Assembly (NCBI GenBank): GCA_021781705.1 | Contig: JAJXWI010000001.1 | Location: 4,904 to 68,903, forward strand | Length of the DNA: 64,000 nucleotides | Reading direction: 5' to 3' | From: a bacterium | GTDB taxonomy: Bacteria > Verrucomicrobiota > Lentisphaeria > Victivallales > GWF2-38-69 | Program-made: the position numbers and the translations under genes | Notes under the pieces: model-generated | Seen by the model: the letters and a program-made list of their open reading frames with translations, nothing else | What the model was told of the DNA's origin: nothing | The model's database searches: none | In this document: piece by piece, positions 47,904 through 57,832 of the stretch | How positions within the stretch are numbered: the stretch's first letter is position 1 | Layout: each line of letters starts with the position of its first letter

Positions 47904-49976
47904 TCACCAACCATTTGGGATTATCAAATTAACATGATCCTCGCTGGTTTTATCAATCACTATTCCTATTTTATTCGTCGATATACGTCCTAACCCCAAA
48001 TACACTTTTACCGTTTCTTTCACACCATCTGTTCTGATAAGAGTCATATCAAATGGAGACTCCACATCTCCAATCGTATTAGCTTGTTTCCGAGGGTATT
48101 TTTTATCGTTAATCTCAACTTCTACATCAGGCGGCGTAATCAGGTTAACAGTATAAATTGTACTGTCAATATCTATGACAGGAATGGAAATATCCTTCAT
48201 ATCTCCGATTGTTAATGTAGCACTATAAGGAGGTTTGGACTGATGAATCGTACTATCCATTCCCAACACATCATCGTATGCAAAAGCATAAACTTTATCC
48301 CCAAAACTGTGCAATGCTTTTGAATATACATTACACCATGTATTAGTAAAAAAGTTGCCTTTCTTATCCTCAAAATATCCTTTGGAGAGAGTTACTCCAT
48401 CGACAGGAAGTAATCCTACATTCATAGCAGATGATAGGTATTTTACCAGGACTGCCTCCACTGTGTTATTTTTCGCATGAAATGGTGTACCATGCGGACC
48501 ATCCCCGCCAAAAACTTCATTCGATGTAGGTTTAGGTACCGCACTGCTACCAAGTTTATAAGATTCTCCTATTTCTTTGTTATGAAAAGTCCAATGCCCT
48601 TTACCAATATCCTTAACGTCTCCAGAGAAAGTGCCTTTTCCTAATTCACTACAATCAATAGAAATTTTATGATCTCCATGGTAAGTCCAAACACTATCTA
48701 TATAATCTTTGAGGTAGTCCGGATTAAACTCTATTTTTGGGTTGGGTTTGTAAATTGCCTTATTTGGCGCTACGACTCTCAATACTGTTGTATTATCGGT
48801 CTCAAGATCCTTGTGAAGCAAGAATAATTTATTCCATTCGTCGGGAGCGTGCGAGTTTTTAAAATCTAACTCGAATTGAGCTAAAATGTCTTTTCTAGGA
48901 TTTGTTATACCTACAGTAACATCAGCTCCGTCAGCGTCATTATATTGTGTTATCCTGAGAGGCATACAGAAAAAGTCAACAGCCGTAGTATTGAACCATG
49001 TACCATGAGTATTGAATGTAACTTCTGCCTTGTCATAAATGGTGTGATAGTTTGGATCCGTTGGCTTAAATGGGTCAGGATCAGTGATTGTTAATTGGTG
49101 CGTTTTAGCATCTGGTGCAAGATGCAATATCATAGGATGTACCAATGAAATATAGATTCTGCCCGAATCCATATATGGAATACTCAACGTACGGTATGGA
49201 TTTGTGAAGGACGATAGCTTGTAGGAGTAGTCCTTAGATTCTGTATCGGGTTCTCCCGTAACATCAGCAAGACTATCAAAAGAACCATTATTAAATTTTA
49301 CATAGCAATGTTTTTGGGTTTCCGGGTTTATACCCTTAACCAAAATATATATATCGTCATCCGTAACGGCTGGATTATTTGCGCTATTCACAATATTGAC
49401 ACTGAAAAATTCTTTGGTTTCTGGGGCTGTGGCTGAATCGATAAAAATAGCTATAGGCCCGAACTTATCCGGAATTTTGCTTACTGGTTTTCCTTTTTTA
49501 TCAATAATAAGGCTTTCGGTGTCAGGAAGTTCCTTGACTTTGTATGTCATCTTTTCCAATGTTTCGTCGTATTGCACGTCAAATATGGTGCATACTCCAG
49601 CTTCCTCAATACGCCCTTGGGGAGTTTCTATAACAGCAACAAATGCTGCGTTAGGATTATTCTTAGGGAACATCTTTTTCCAGTGTTTCACAAACTCAGC
49701 AGTCTTAACTGTAGATGTTAATCTAGCCGGAGTATCTGTAAATTTGACAATTACAGGTGCTGCTCCAAAAAGCGTAACAGTGTATGAATCATCAGGTTCG
49801 TTATATTTTATAGTTCCCGAATCAGCAGTCTGCGCAAATAACCAGGACTGTTTTGCTGTCAGCTGATTATCTTTAACTTTATTGCTCTCAACACATTTAC
49901 AGGAACTAAGACTTGAGATAACCAGAAATGATAAGAAGAACAGAAACAAATTAAAGATTGCAGCAGCCTTTTTCAT
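47904..49976 (-). CDS. lipoprotein with GH64/thaumatin-like beta-1,3-glucanase-type domain
   Basis: Start trimmed to the ATG at 49976 (GGGAGA SD). The signal ends in the lipobox LSSC. The central region FSVNIVNSANN..DDIYILVKG, MDSGRIYISL and YDKAEVTFNTHGTWFNTTAVDFFCMPL fits my memory of the Glyco_hydro_64 profile. Confidence 0.55.
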   Translation of the reverse strand: MKKAAAIFNLFLFFLSFLVISSLSSCKCVESNKVKDNQLTAKQSWLFAQTADSGTIKYNEPDDSYTVTLFGAAPVIVKFTDTPARLTSTVKTAEFVKHWKKMFPKNNPNAAFVAVIETPQGRIEEAGVCTIFDVQYDETLEKMTYKVKELPDTESLIIDKKGKPVSKIPDKFGPIAIFIDSATAPETKEFFSVNIVNSANNPAVTDDDIYILVKGINPETQKHCYVKFNNGSFDSLADVTGEPDTESKDYSYKLSSFTNPYRTLSIPYMDSGRIYISLVHPMILHLAPDAKTHQLTITDPDPFKPTDPNYHTIYDKAEVTFNTHGTWFNTTAVDFFCMPLRITQYNDADGADVTVGITNPRKDILAQFELDFKNSHAPDEWNKLFLLHKDLETDNTTVLRVVAPNKAIYKPNPKIEFNPDYLKDYIDSVWTYHGDHKISIDCSELGKGTFSGDVKDIGKGHWTFHNKEIGESYKLGSSAVPKPTSNEVFGGDGPHGTPFHAKNNTVEAVLVKYLSSAMNVGLLPVDGVTLSKGYFEDKKGNFFTNTWCNVYSKALHSFGDKVYAFAYDDVLGMDSTIHQSKPPYSATLTIGDMKDISIPVIDIDSTIYTVNLITPPDVEVEINDKKYPRKQANTIGDVESPFDMTLIRTDGVKETVKVYLGLGRISTNKIGIVIDKTSEDHVNLIIPNGW

Positions 49977-50067
49977 ACACATTCTCCCATAATTACATAG
50001 TTTCAATCAAATATGTTAACAACACCACAGTTATATGGTTCTTCTGTGATTTTGTCAATATGGTTTA

Positions 50068-52827
50068 TTAATTTAGAAATAGCCCCAGTGGGATTGAATC
50101 GCCGAGGGTTTTGGTCAATTCCTGCGAATCATCTTCTTGTACAGACTCCAAATGAGCAATCCAGTGAGAAGGGGCATTGTTTTCTTTTAGAAATTTTAAG
50201 CTTTCATTTATTATCCCCTGCCCTAAATTCAAGGCCCTGTCCTGCGTAAGTGCTGCCAGCTTTGACAGGCAAAAATATTTCTCCGCCAAGTTAGACTTAT
50301 CCATGTTATCAAGCAGATTTTTTACCCATTTTTCAACAGGCTTTGGATTAACAGCATTATTTGATTGCGCATGCAAAAGCTTTCTTGCTCCAATCCTGGA
50401 CAATACCCAATATTCATAAGATTCCAATTTTCTACTTCGTGAAATGAGTATTTCAGCCGTTAAAATTTTTTGATTTTCTGGCAGGAGTTCAAGAGCGCCA
50501 AGGCAGCGCCACATTTCGATCTTGGGCTGAAGTCCAATCTTAATTTTTGACTGATAAACGCCTTTGGGAACTATCTGTTTATTAAGCTCTTGGAATATCG
50601 CAATCTGATGTCCGGCCTTAAGTCCAGAAACTACTCTCCTCCAGAAAACCCACCATTCTGCAGCAACCTGAGAATTGTTCGGATTATTCATCCCGTTGTA
50701 CCATATAGCCCAGACTTTTCTAAGCCTTATTTCATCTTCGGGTTCGCCAAATCCCGGTCTCAGACAGAAACCGCAAATATTAAGGAATCGGGCCTCTTTT
50801 TCCGGAGAAATAAGTTCTTTATAATTGACTTTAAGAAGTTCATCCACAAAGCTTCTTATCAAATGTAGCGGCCAGCAATCTTTTGACAAATCAAGTATTT
50901 CTTCCATTTCTCTGAAGATGTTACCGTTTTTATTGTAGCCGCAAAAAAAAGAATTTAAGATTCTTTTACACTTTGATACAAGCGCATAATCTACTACCAC
51001 GTCCGATTTTACCATGCTTTCATCAAGGTCACTTGAAATAAGTCTTATATCAAAACTAAGAGGCCAGACATGGTCAGAATCCAAAGATTTCAGGCTTACT
51101 TTCAGAATGCCAGTTTCAGTAAAATCTGAGACAACCTCGCTCCTCAACTCTTTGCGTTCATGATTTTTACCATACTTCAAAAGACTGTTTAAGGAAGAAA
51201 CAAAAGACATTTCTTCATTTTCATTTATGAAATCCCCAGCCTTATCATTTATTCTTACTGAACTGGAATAAAGGGGAAAAGCGACAGCTTTGTTGGTTTC
51301 TATCTTAAAACTGCCCGGAGTTTCTATTTTAACACTTTCATCTATGCCTCTTGGCATAACACATAAGAGCTTTTCTTTATGTTTTTCAGCGCCTTTATCG
51401 GCTATTTTTAGATAATAGGATCTGTTCGTACCTGTTTTTACCTTTACTCCATCGCCTCTTTTTGTACGACCATAATAAGACGCTCCATACGAAACGGCCA
51501 GGCTCAAATCACGGGAATCCAGTTCAAAAACATTTTCATTATTAAACCAAGTTCTGAGCATCTTGAGAATTCTGTTTCTTAAGATAGCAGGAATCATAGC
51601 TCCGCCATTAAAAAGCACCTTATCAGGAAACAAAACCTGGTAAGTTTTGGAGTCTTTATCATTCTTATTTTCACAAACACGATAAGCGTATTTTAAAAAG
51701 TAAAGCAGGTGCCCGCTAACGGACGGATCGGGTTCATAGGGGAGCCCCATTTTCTGAATCGCAGTTTTTTTAGCAGGAGCGGGAGAATCTGCTGGAATAA
51801 GAGGAAAAAAACCTTCAAGCAGAAGAGATTCAAGCTCATTTTTCTTTAACGAATAACGCTTTGAATTTCCAATAATAGAACTTCCATGTGAGAGTAAAAC
51901 AATATCTATTTCGTTCAAATCAGAACTGAGCAGTTCTTCCTTTGCCTGCCTGGTCTTCTGACACAGGGTCAGCCATTCGCCATGAGAAAGTGTAATATTC
52001 CAGAAAGTTTCAACTTTTCTGGCAATCGCTATGTCTATATTATCGCCGCCAAGAAGAAGATGTGTTCCCGCGGCGCTCCTGACAAGAGATCCGCTCTCCG
52101 TCTTTTCTATAATTGAAAAGTCACTGGTTCCTCCGCCAATGTCTATTACCAATACCCGCTCATTATCTTTTATATTATCTTTCCAAGTTGAAGAGTTTTG
52201 ATCAATCCAGGAATAAAAAGCGGCTAATGGCTCTTCAAGCAAGTTTATGTTTTTGTATCCAGCATTTTTTGCTGCTTCTATAGTTAATTCTCTTGCGGTT
52301 TCATCAAAACTTGCAGGGATAGTAATAACTACACTTTGTTCAGTGAACAGACATTTTGAACCCGACTTATCCTTCAGTTTTCCCAATCTGTAATTCCAGG
52401 CATTCTTTATATGTTCAAGATAATGAGAAGTAATTTCGAGGGGAGAACTCAATATTTCTTTATCAGACCCGCCCCACGGCAAAATTTTTCCTCTGCGGTC
52501 TACACCGGAATGACAAAGCCATGATTTGGCCGAACACACAAACCTGTTGGGCACGGTAGCGCCGAAATCTCTTGCAAATACGCCAAAAAAACAGTCTCCT
52601 CCATGCTTTTCCCATGGAAATCGCATAGACCTAAAATTGGTGGTCTTTTTATCAGGGAAAAAGCAAAATGACGGAAATAATATAAATTCCTCTAGTTCGC
52701 CTTGGGCCGAAAAATGGGGAACCTTAAAGAGTTGTATCCCTTTGTTTTCACTTTCTGTGTCAACAAATGTTACGGCACTGTTGGTAGTTCCGAGGTCTAT
52801 ACCTATAATAAATCGGGATTTTTGCAT
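50068..52827 (-). CDS. atypical Hsp70-fold ATPase with long alpha-helical C-terminal extension (919 aa)
   Basis: Hsp70 nucleotide-binding signatures IGIDLGTTNSAV, VIDIGGGTSDFS, LLGGDNID and VLFNGGAM. A beta-rich domain ends WPLSFDIR, followed by ~320 aa of helical sequence. No DnaK lid or EEVD tail. Confidence 0.8.
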   Translation of the reverse strand: MQKSRFIIGIDLGTTNSAVTFVDTESENKGIQLFKVPHFSAQGELEEFILFPSFCFFPDKKTTNFRSMRFPWEKHGGDCFFGVFARDFGATVPNRFVCSAKSWLCHSGVDRRGKILPWGGSDKEILSSPLEITSHYLEHIKNAWNYRLGKLKDKSGSKCLFTEQSVVITIPASFDETARELTIEAAKNAGYKNINLLEEPLAAFYSWIDQNSSTWKDNIKDNERVLVIDIGGGTSDFSIIEKTESGSLVRSAAGTHLLLGGDNIDIAIARKVETFWNITLSHGEWLTLCQKTRQAKEELLSSDLNEIDIVLLSHGSSIIGNSKRYSLKKNELESLLLEGFFPLIPADSPAPAKKTAIQKMGLPYEPDPSVSGHLLYFLKYAYRVCENKNDKDSKTYQVLFPDKVLFNGGAMIPAILRNRILKMLRTWFNNENVFELDSRDLSLAVSYGASYYGRTKRGDGVKVKTGTNRSYYLKIADKGAEKHKEKLLCVMPRGIDESVKIETPGSFKIETNKAVAFPLYSSSVRINDKAGDFINENEEMSFVSSLNSLLKYGKNHERKELRSEVVSDFTETGILKVSLKSLDSDHVWPLSFDIRLISSDLDESMVKSDVVVDYALVSKCKRILNSFFCGYNKNGNIFREMEEILDLSKDCWPLHLIRSFVDELLKVNYKELISPEKEARFLNICGFCLRPGFGEPEDEIRLRKVWAIWYNGMNNPNNSQVAAEWWVFWRRVVSGLKAGHQIAIFQELNKQIVPKGVYQSKIKIGLQPKIEMWRCLGALELLPENQKILTAEILISRSRKLESYEYWVLSRIGARKLLHAQSNNAVNPKPVEKWVKNLLDNMDKSNLAEKYFCLSKLAALTQDRALNLGQGIINESLKFLKENNAPSHWIAHLESVQEDDSQELTKTLGDSIPLGLFLN

Positions 52828-52888
52828 TGTTATTGGCTTCTGTACTTATGGGTTGCTACTATAACTGTCAGCTGTTAACTATTCCTAA

Positions 52889-54691
52889 TCAATTCTGATT
52901 TTGGTCTTTTCTGATTTCAAAATCAAGCTTCCATCTGTTTTCGCTTCTCTTGTCTATGCACCACACCTGAAGCGTACCTGTTTCGGTGTACTCTACATGA
53001 AGATTGACAGGGACCAGGCTTCCTGATGGAATATCACCATAAGGCTCAAGGTTTACAGCAAGAGATGGCAGTTCGTCGATATCTGGCGAATTTTCTATAT
53101 TATCTATAACCGAGCCTGTTTTTCCATTTTTTTTGAACTTAGAGGAATAAAAATGGAAATCTGTAGTTTCCCCGACAATCAAACCCAGTCCTGAATAGTC
53201 TATATCAAGAGACGTTCCCTCTTCCGCACCGACAGGCAGAACACAAAGTCCCTGCATAGGAGGAAGAAAACCCGGAACTGCCGGCATAGAGGTTTCTACA
53301 CCAAGATAATATGAACGGGAACTGCCGGCTTTAATTCTGATTCCGCTGCCTTCTTTTACAAATGCATAACAGCTTGCGCCCAGAGCAACTGCCAGATCAG
53401 GATTGGTACCGGTAAGAATTTTTACGTCTCTCGTTCCCGACGCCCAACTCTTTATCACTTTTACAATTCGATCTTTTATGACATCGGCCTTTGTAACGCC
53501 CCCATTGAAAAGTATGCAATTAGGCAGATCCTTTTCAGATTTACAGTTACTGTTCAGAAATGCAGCAAGGTGCTTAGTGATTGCAGGGTCTGATTCATAT
53601 TTCAGCCCGAATGTACGAAGCCCCGCTCTCCTTGAATCTGTCGGCTTATCTTCCAGCGCGCATTCTGGAAAAAATCCATCTATCAATATTTCATAAACTT
53701 CATTTCTTGAGAGTTCCGTACTTATAGTATTTGCTATCATGCTGCTGCCTCTGCCAAGCACGGTCAGCTTTTCACTTTTCGTTCCTGAATCTGACATCAA
53801 AGACTCTTTAGCCCTTCTGCACCCATAAGTAAGCCCGGTTATCTGATAAGCATCGAGAACCATATTGTTTTCCTTTTTAAGCTTACCTGCTATGGAATAC
53901 GCAAGCGTCAGGTCCATGTTATCACCGCCAAGAAGGATATGATTGCCAACAGCTACTCTTTCAAGCGTAAGATTTCCTTCCGCATCGGAAACTTTTATTA
54001 AACTAAAGTCAGTAGTTCCTCCACCGATATCGCAAACCAGAATAACATCTCCGGCAGAAACTTTTTTTCTCCAATCTTCGCCATGTTCGTTAAGCCACGA
54101 GTAGAAAGCTGCCTGAGGTTCTTCGAGCAATATTATTTCAAGTCCAGCAAGCCCGGCGGCTTTTACTGTCAACTCCCTTGCAACAGCATCAAATGAAGCT
54201 GGAACCGTTATGACAACAGTCTGATTTTCCAGTATATCCTCCGGTTTTTCAGCAGCCATCTGACTATTCCAGGCATTCTTCATGTGTTCAATTATTGTTG
54301 CTGTAGCGTCAAGCGGAGATAGCTGTTTTTTCGGATTATTCCTGTTCCATGGCAGAATAGCCGACATTCTGTCGACATTATCCGCACAAAGCCAGGATTT
54401 AACGGAGGCAACAACTTTCGTCGGAACCTTGGGCGACATTTTTCTCGCGAGTTCGCCAACAGCCAATTCCTGTTTTTCTTTCCACGGCAAGGCAAGACTG
54501 CCTTCAGGAATATCATTTTCATCAGGGATGTACACAAACGATGGAAGAATAACCTCCTCCTTCAGTTCGCCGGGATCTGAAAGTTGTGGAATTTTAAAAA
54601 GTATCGGGACTGAGGATTCAGCGGTTTTATCAATATAACAAACAACGCAATTCGTAGTTCCCAAATCTATCCCAACCAAATAACGAGACAT
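52889..54691 (-). CDS. atypical Hsp70-fold ATPase (600 aa)
   Basis: VGIDLGTTNCVV, VCDIGGGTTDFS, LLGGDNMD and ILFNGGVTK. The C-terminal beta-rich domain ends WKLDFEIR. No helical lid. Confidence 0.8.
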   Translation of the reverse strand: MSRYLVGIDLGTTNCVVCYIDKTAESSVPILFKIPQLSDPGELKEEVILPSFVYIPDENDIPEGSLALPWKEKQELAVGELARKMSPKVPTKVVASVKSWLCADNVDRMSAILPWNRNNPKKQLSPLDATATIIEHMKNAWNSQMAAEKPEDILENQTVVITVPASFDAVARELTVKAAGLAGLEIILLEEPQAAFYSWLNEHGEDWRKKVSAGDVILVCDIGGGTTDFSLIKVSDAEGNLTLERVAVGNHILLGGDNMDLTLAYSIAGKLKKENNMVLDAYQITGLTYGCRRAKESLMSDSGTKSEKLTVLGRGSSMIANTISTELSRNEVYEILIDGFFPECALEDKPTDSRRAGLRTFGLKYESDPAITKHLAAFLNSNCKSEKDLPNCILFNGGVTKADVIKDRIVKVIKSWASGTRDVKILTGTNPDLAVALGASCYAFVKEGSGIRIKAGSSRSYYLGVETSMPAVPGFLPPMQGLCVLPVGAEEGTSLDIDYSGLGLIVGETTDFHFYSSKFKKNGKTGSVIDNIENSPDIDELPSLAVNLEPYGDIPSGSLVPVNLHVEYTETGTLQVWCIDKRSENRWKLDFEIRKDQNQN

Positions 54692-54739
54692 TTTAAGTAA
54701 CTCCTTTTCTAATGAAAAAATACTTCCAGGCGCTGAAAA

Positions 54740-55351
54740 TTACATAGACTCAACTTCTGCCTGACAAATAATGGAGAAGTTTTCCTTGTTCACTATCTTG
54801 GGAAGCTCAACTTTTGATGAAACCCACCCTTTGTGCCTGATAACACCGCCATAAGGTCCGGCAGCAGGAACGTTCCCTGTCAGTCTTATCTCCTCAGAAT
54901 TAAGCTCACTTCCAAGAGAAATAGTTTCGCCTTCATTTTTGGATGTTATTAAAGGTTTTATTGCAAACTTTTCATTTATAACCTTGGCACAGCCGGAATG
55001 TATCTGACGGACTGCGGCGCCAACTTGAGAATCATCATAGCTTTTTATGTTCTCCATAAGAAAATCTATAAGGCGTCCTTCACGCTGAAGAAGTATCAAA
55101 GAATAGAGGGAACCATTTTCAAAGCTTTTCTGTTTTTCTTCTCTCAAACGAGCTATTTCGCTCTTTAGTTCAGCTATTTCTTCACTCGCTTTCTCACTAG
55201 AAGTAACACTGCTTGCTTTGCTTCTTTTACATCTCTTTATCTTTATTGTCAGAAGGGCAGCAAGTAATACCAACAAAACGACAAGCAATATCCCAGTAAT
55301 GCAGCCGCAAGAACCTTCCGTCCCAGTTAAAAACAGTAAAATTTTTTCCAT
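54740..55351 (-). CDS. DUF2760-like membrane-anchored protein
   Basis: An N-terminal TM segment (ITGILLVVLLVLLAALL) and a short coiled coil, then LILLQREGRLIDFLMENIKSYDDSQVGAAVRQIHSGC...RLTGNVPAAGPYGGVIRHKGW. This matches my recollection of the DUF2760 family. Confidence 0.65.
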   Translation of the reverse strand: MEKILLFLTGTEGSCGCITGILLVVLLVLLAALLTIKIKRCKRSKASSVTSSEKASEEIAELKSEIARLREEKQKSFENGSLYSLILLQREGRLIDFLMENIKSYDDSQVGAAVRQIHSGCAKVINEKFAIKPLITSKNEGETISLGSELNSEEIRLTGNVPAAGPYGGVIRHKGWVSSKVELPKIVNKENFSIICQAEVESM

Positions 55352-55570
55352 GATAATAATTCTTTTTATTTATTTTTTCAACATACCAGACCCGCTACCA
55401 ATTCTATGACATATTAATAACATCTAGAACCGTAGCCTGAAAAACAAAGCTTGCATAATATACACTACTATTCCATTTTGCAAAAAATCTATTGTGTTTC
55501 TTTTATTCTGAATTGTATTTACTGAAAACTCTTTTAGAATAGAAACCCGAGGTAATTGCAAGACCATTTT

Positions 55571-55680
55571 TCGGTTCCGACAACCTTGCTAAAACGCATG
55601 GTAAAAGCGGAACCCTCCAGAATCGAAAATGGAGGATTTTGCTCCGTCAAAACCGCTTGTATTTGAGTTTTTCAAGAGGC
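55571..55680. repeat. REP-like element (GGTTCCG hairpin with 22-nt loop insert, plus GTCAAAACCGCTTGTATTTGA module)
   Basis: CGGTTCCGACAACCTTGCTAAAACGCATGGTAAAAGCGGAACCCTCCAG...CCGTCAAAACCGCTTGTATTTGAGTTTTTCAAGAGGCTC. Compare 32278-32368. Confidence 0.8.
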
Positions 55681-55877
55681 TCAACCCTATCAGTAATTAT
55701 GAAATAAGTGGAGCAAAGAATGAGGCAGGAAACACTATTTGGAGATGTTGAAGAAAAAACAAATTGTTGAGTTTGTAACGAGATTCCTGGAAGAACAAGA
55801 CAATTTCGGCAACAGCATTCTGGAGGTAATAGCGGGTATGCCAATTCCAGTTAAATATAAAAAATACAGAAGTTCAT

Positions 55878-57191
55878 ATGAATATTAATAAAAGCACGAT
55901 TGATAAAGTTCTGGCAATTTTAAGAGAAGAAGTCGTACCGGCGGAAGGCTGTACAGAACCTATAGCATTAGCGTATGTTGCCGCAAGAGCAAGAGAAGTC
56001 CTTGGTAAAGAACCCGACAGAATGAATATCTATGTTTCAGGGAACATAATCAAAAATGTCAAAAGCGTAGTCATTCCTAACAGCGGAGGCAAAGTAGGAA
56101 TTGAAGTAGCATCCGTCATGGGAGCTATTGCGGGAAAACCTGAAAAAGAGCTTATGGTCATTCAGGACATTACAAAAGACGATATGAAAAAGGTAGTGTC
56201 GTTTATAGAAAACAATCCAATAAAAGTTATTCATAAACAATCCGATGCGAAATTATATGTAAAAATAGAACTCTTCAATGGCAGTGAATCATCAAGCGTA
56301 GAAATAAAACATCTCCACACAGATATTACACGGATAGAAAAAAACGGAAAAGTTCTTATAAGACAAGTCTGCAATGACGTTGACTTCCATTCGCCATTGA
56401 CAGACAGAAAAATACTCACCATAAAATTGATATATACCTTGGCGAAATCTATTGACCTTGAATTAATCAAACCGCTCTTTGAAAAGGTTATCAAGCTCAA
56501 TAGCGCAATTGCTGAAGTCGGGCTGAATGAAGTTTACGGGGTAAACCTCGGAAGCTGCATCATTAAAAGCATTAAAGAGGGCTTTTATGGATATGACAGG
56601 AAGAATGTTTGTGCAAGCTACGCTGCTGCAGGTAGCGATGCGAGAATGAGCGGCTGCGCCCTTCCGGTAATGACTACAAGCGGCAGCGGAAACCAAGGAA
56701 TGACAGCATCTCTGCCTCTAATTAAATATTGTCAAGAAAAAAAAATCCCTCATGAAAAACTAATTCGCAGTCTCTTTTTTTCACATCTGACGACTATTCA
56801 TATAAAAACCAATGTCGGAAGGCTTTCAGCATATTGCGGAGCAGTATGCGCTGCTTCTGCCGTAAGCGGAGCAATAGCTTTTCTTGACGATGAAAATTTG
56901 AAAACTGTTTCCAATGCCATAACTAATACTCTCGGAAACATTTCAGGAATTATTTGCGATGGAGCAAAGGCTTCATGCGCCATGAAAATAGCTACAGGCA
57001 TATACTCTGCTTTTGACGGTGCAATGCTGGCTCAAAATCAAAAGGCGCTGCGCAACGGAGACGGCATCGTGGGCAAAAATATCGAAGAAACTATCAGAAA
57101 TATTGGAGAACTGGCGCAGTCAGGCATGCAGAAAACCGACGATGTAATCCTCAAAATAATGACACATAATCATTCAAAACATAGTGAATAG
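55878..57191 (+). CDS. YhaM/CyuA family (UPF0597) L-cysteine desulfidase-like protein
   Basis: PAEGCTEPIALAYVAA and AAGSDARMSGCALPVMTTSGSGNQGMTASLP parallel E. coli YhaM ([28 protein letters not shown]). 437 aa. Confidence 0.8.
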   Translation: MNINKSTIDKVLAILREEVVPAEGCTEPIALAYVAARAREVLGKEPDRMNIYVSGNIIKNVKSVVIPNSGGKVGIEVASVMGAIAGKPEKELMVIQDITKDDMKKVVSFIENNPIKVIHKQSDAKLYVKIELFNGSESSSVEIKHLHTDITRIEKNGKVLIRQVCNDVDFHSPLTDRKILTIKLIYTLAKSIDLELIKPLFEKVIKLNSAIAEVGLNEVYGVNLGSCIIKSIKEGFYGYDRKNVCASYAAAGSDARMSGCALPVMTTSGSGNQGMTASLPLIKYCQEKKIPHEKLIRSLFFSHLTTIHIKTNVGRLSAYCGAVCAASAVSGAIAFLDDENLKTVSNAITNTLGNISGIICDGAKASCAMKIATGIYSAFDGAMLAQNQKALRNGDGIVGKNIEETIRNIGELAQSGMQKTDDVILKIMTHNHSKHSE

Positions 57192-57216
57192 TAAAAACCA
57201 AAAAAAAGGATTTGCT

Positions 57217-57819
57217 ATGAGAGACAAGCTTTTATCGGCGGGAATATTTTTAACTTTTATTCTTATATCTTGTTCGCAAGCTTATTCAGACACAACAAAC
57301 ACAGACACAAGTAAGAACATAGAGAAAGAGAAAATATGGTCTTTAGAAGAAGCCTACTTTACAAATCTATATGAAGCAAATTACGAAGAGGTCCTTGCCG
57401 TTGTACATAGTCAATTCCTTGGATGGCCCCACGCTTTACCTCAACCGATAGACAAGGAAGGAAGTGCTTACTTTATGAAGAAATCGTTTCCAAAGCCTAC
57501 GTTATACAATTTGAATATAGAACGAGAAGGCATCAGAGTCTTGGATAATGTGGCACTAACTGAATATACGCTTAAAGTCAATTACACCGATAGTGGTGGT
57601 GTCGAAAAAATACAATCATCAAGAATTGCGCATACATGGACGCAGGAAAACTCTCAATGGAAGCTACTAGGTGGCATGAGCTACGCTGAACAAGGAGTTT
57701 TACAATCTAAGAAAGAAGAAGTTGCAAGAACCTCCGATTCACCCAAAAGGCTGCACTCTATGATTGATTCCCAATTTGTAACAAAATACAGAAGAGCTAT
57801 TGTTCAACAGTCTAGATAA
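57217..57819 (+). CDS. lipoprotein with SnoaL/DUF4440-like (NTF2-fold) domain
   Basis: Trimmed to the ATG at 57217 (AAAGGA SD). The signal is LTFILISCS. The core IWSLEEAYF...LDNVALTEYTL...RIAHTWTQENSQWKLLGG fits the DUF4440 pattern. Confidence 0.5.
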   Translation: MRDKLLSAGIFLTFILISCSQAYSDTTNTDTSKNIEKEKIWSLEEAYFTNLYEANYEEVLAVVHSQFLGWPHALPQPIDKEGSAYFMKKSFPKPTLYNLNIEREGIRVLDNVALTEYTLKVNYTDSGGVEKIQSSRIAHTWTQENSQWKLLGGMSYAEQGVLQSKKEEVARTSDSPKRLHSMIDSQFVTKYRRAIVQQSR

Positions 57820-57832
57820 GGTGTTTATATTT

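Noticed and set aside
50013-50249. A plus-strand 78-aa ORF at the junction of the GH64-like and long Hsp70-like genes.
   Set aside because: It is mostly antisense to the 3' end of the 919-aa Hsp70-like gene, with no independent support.
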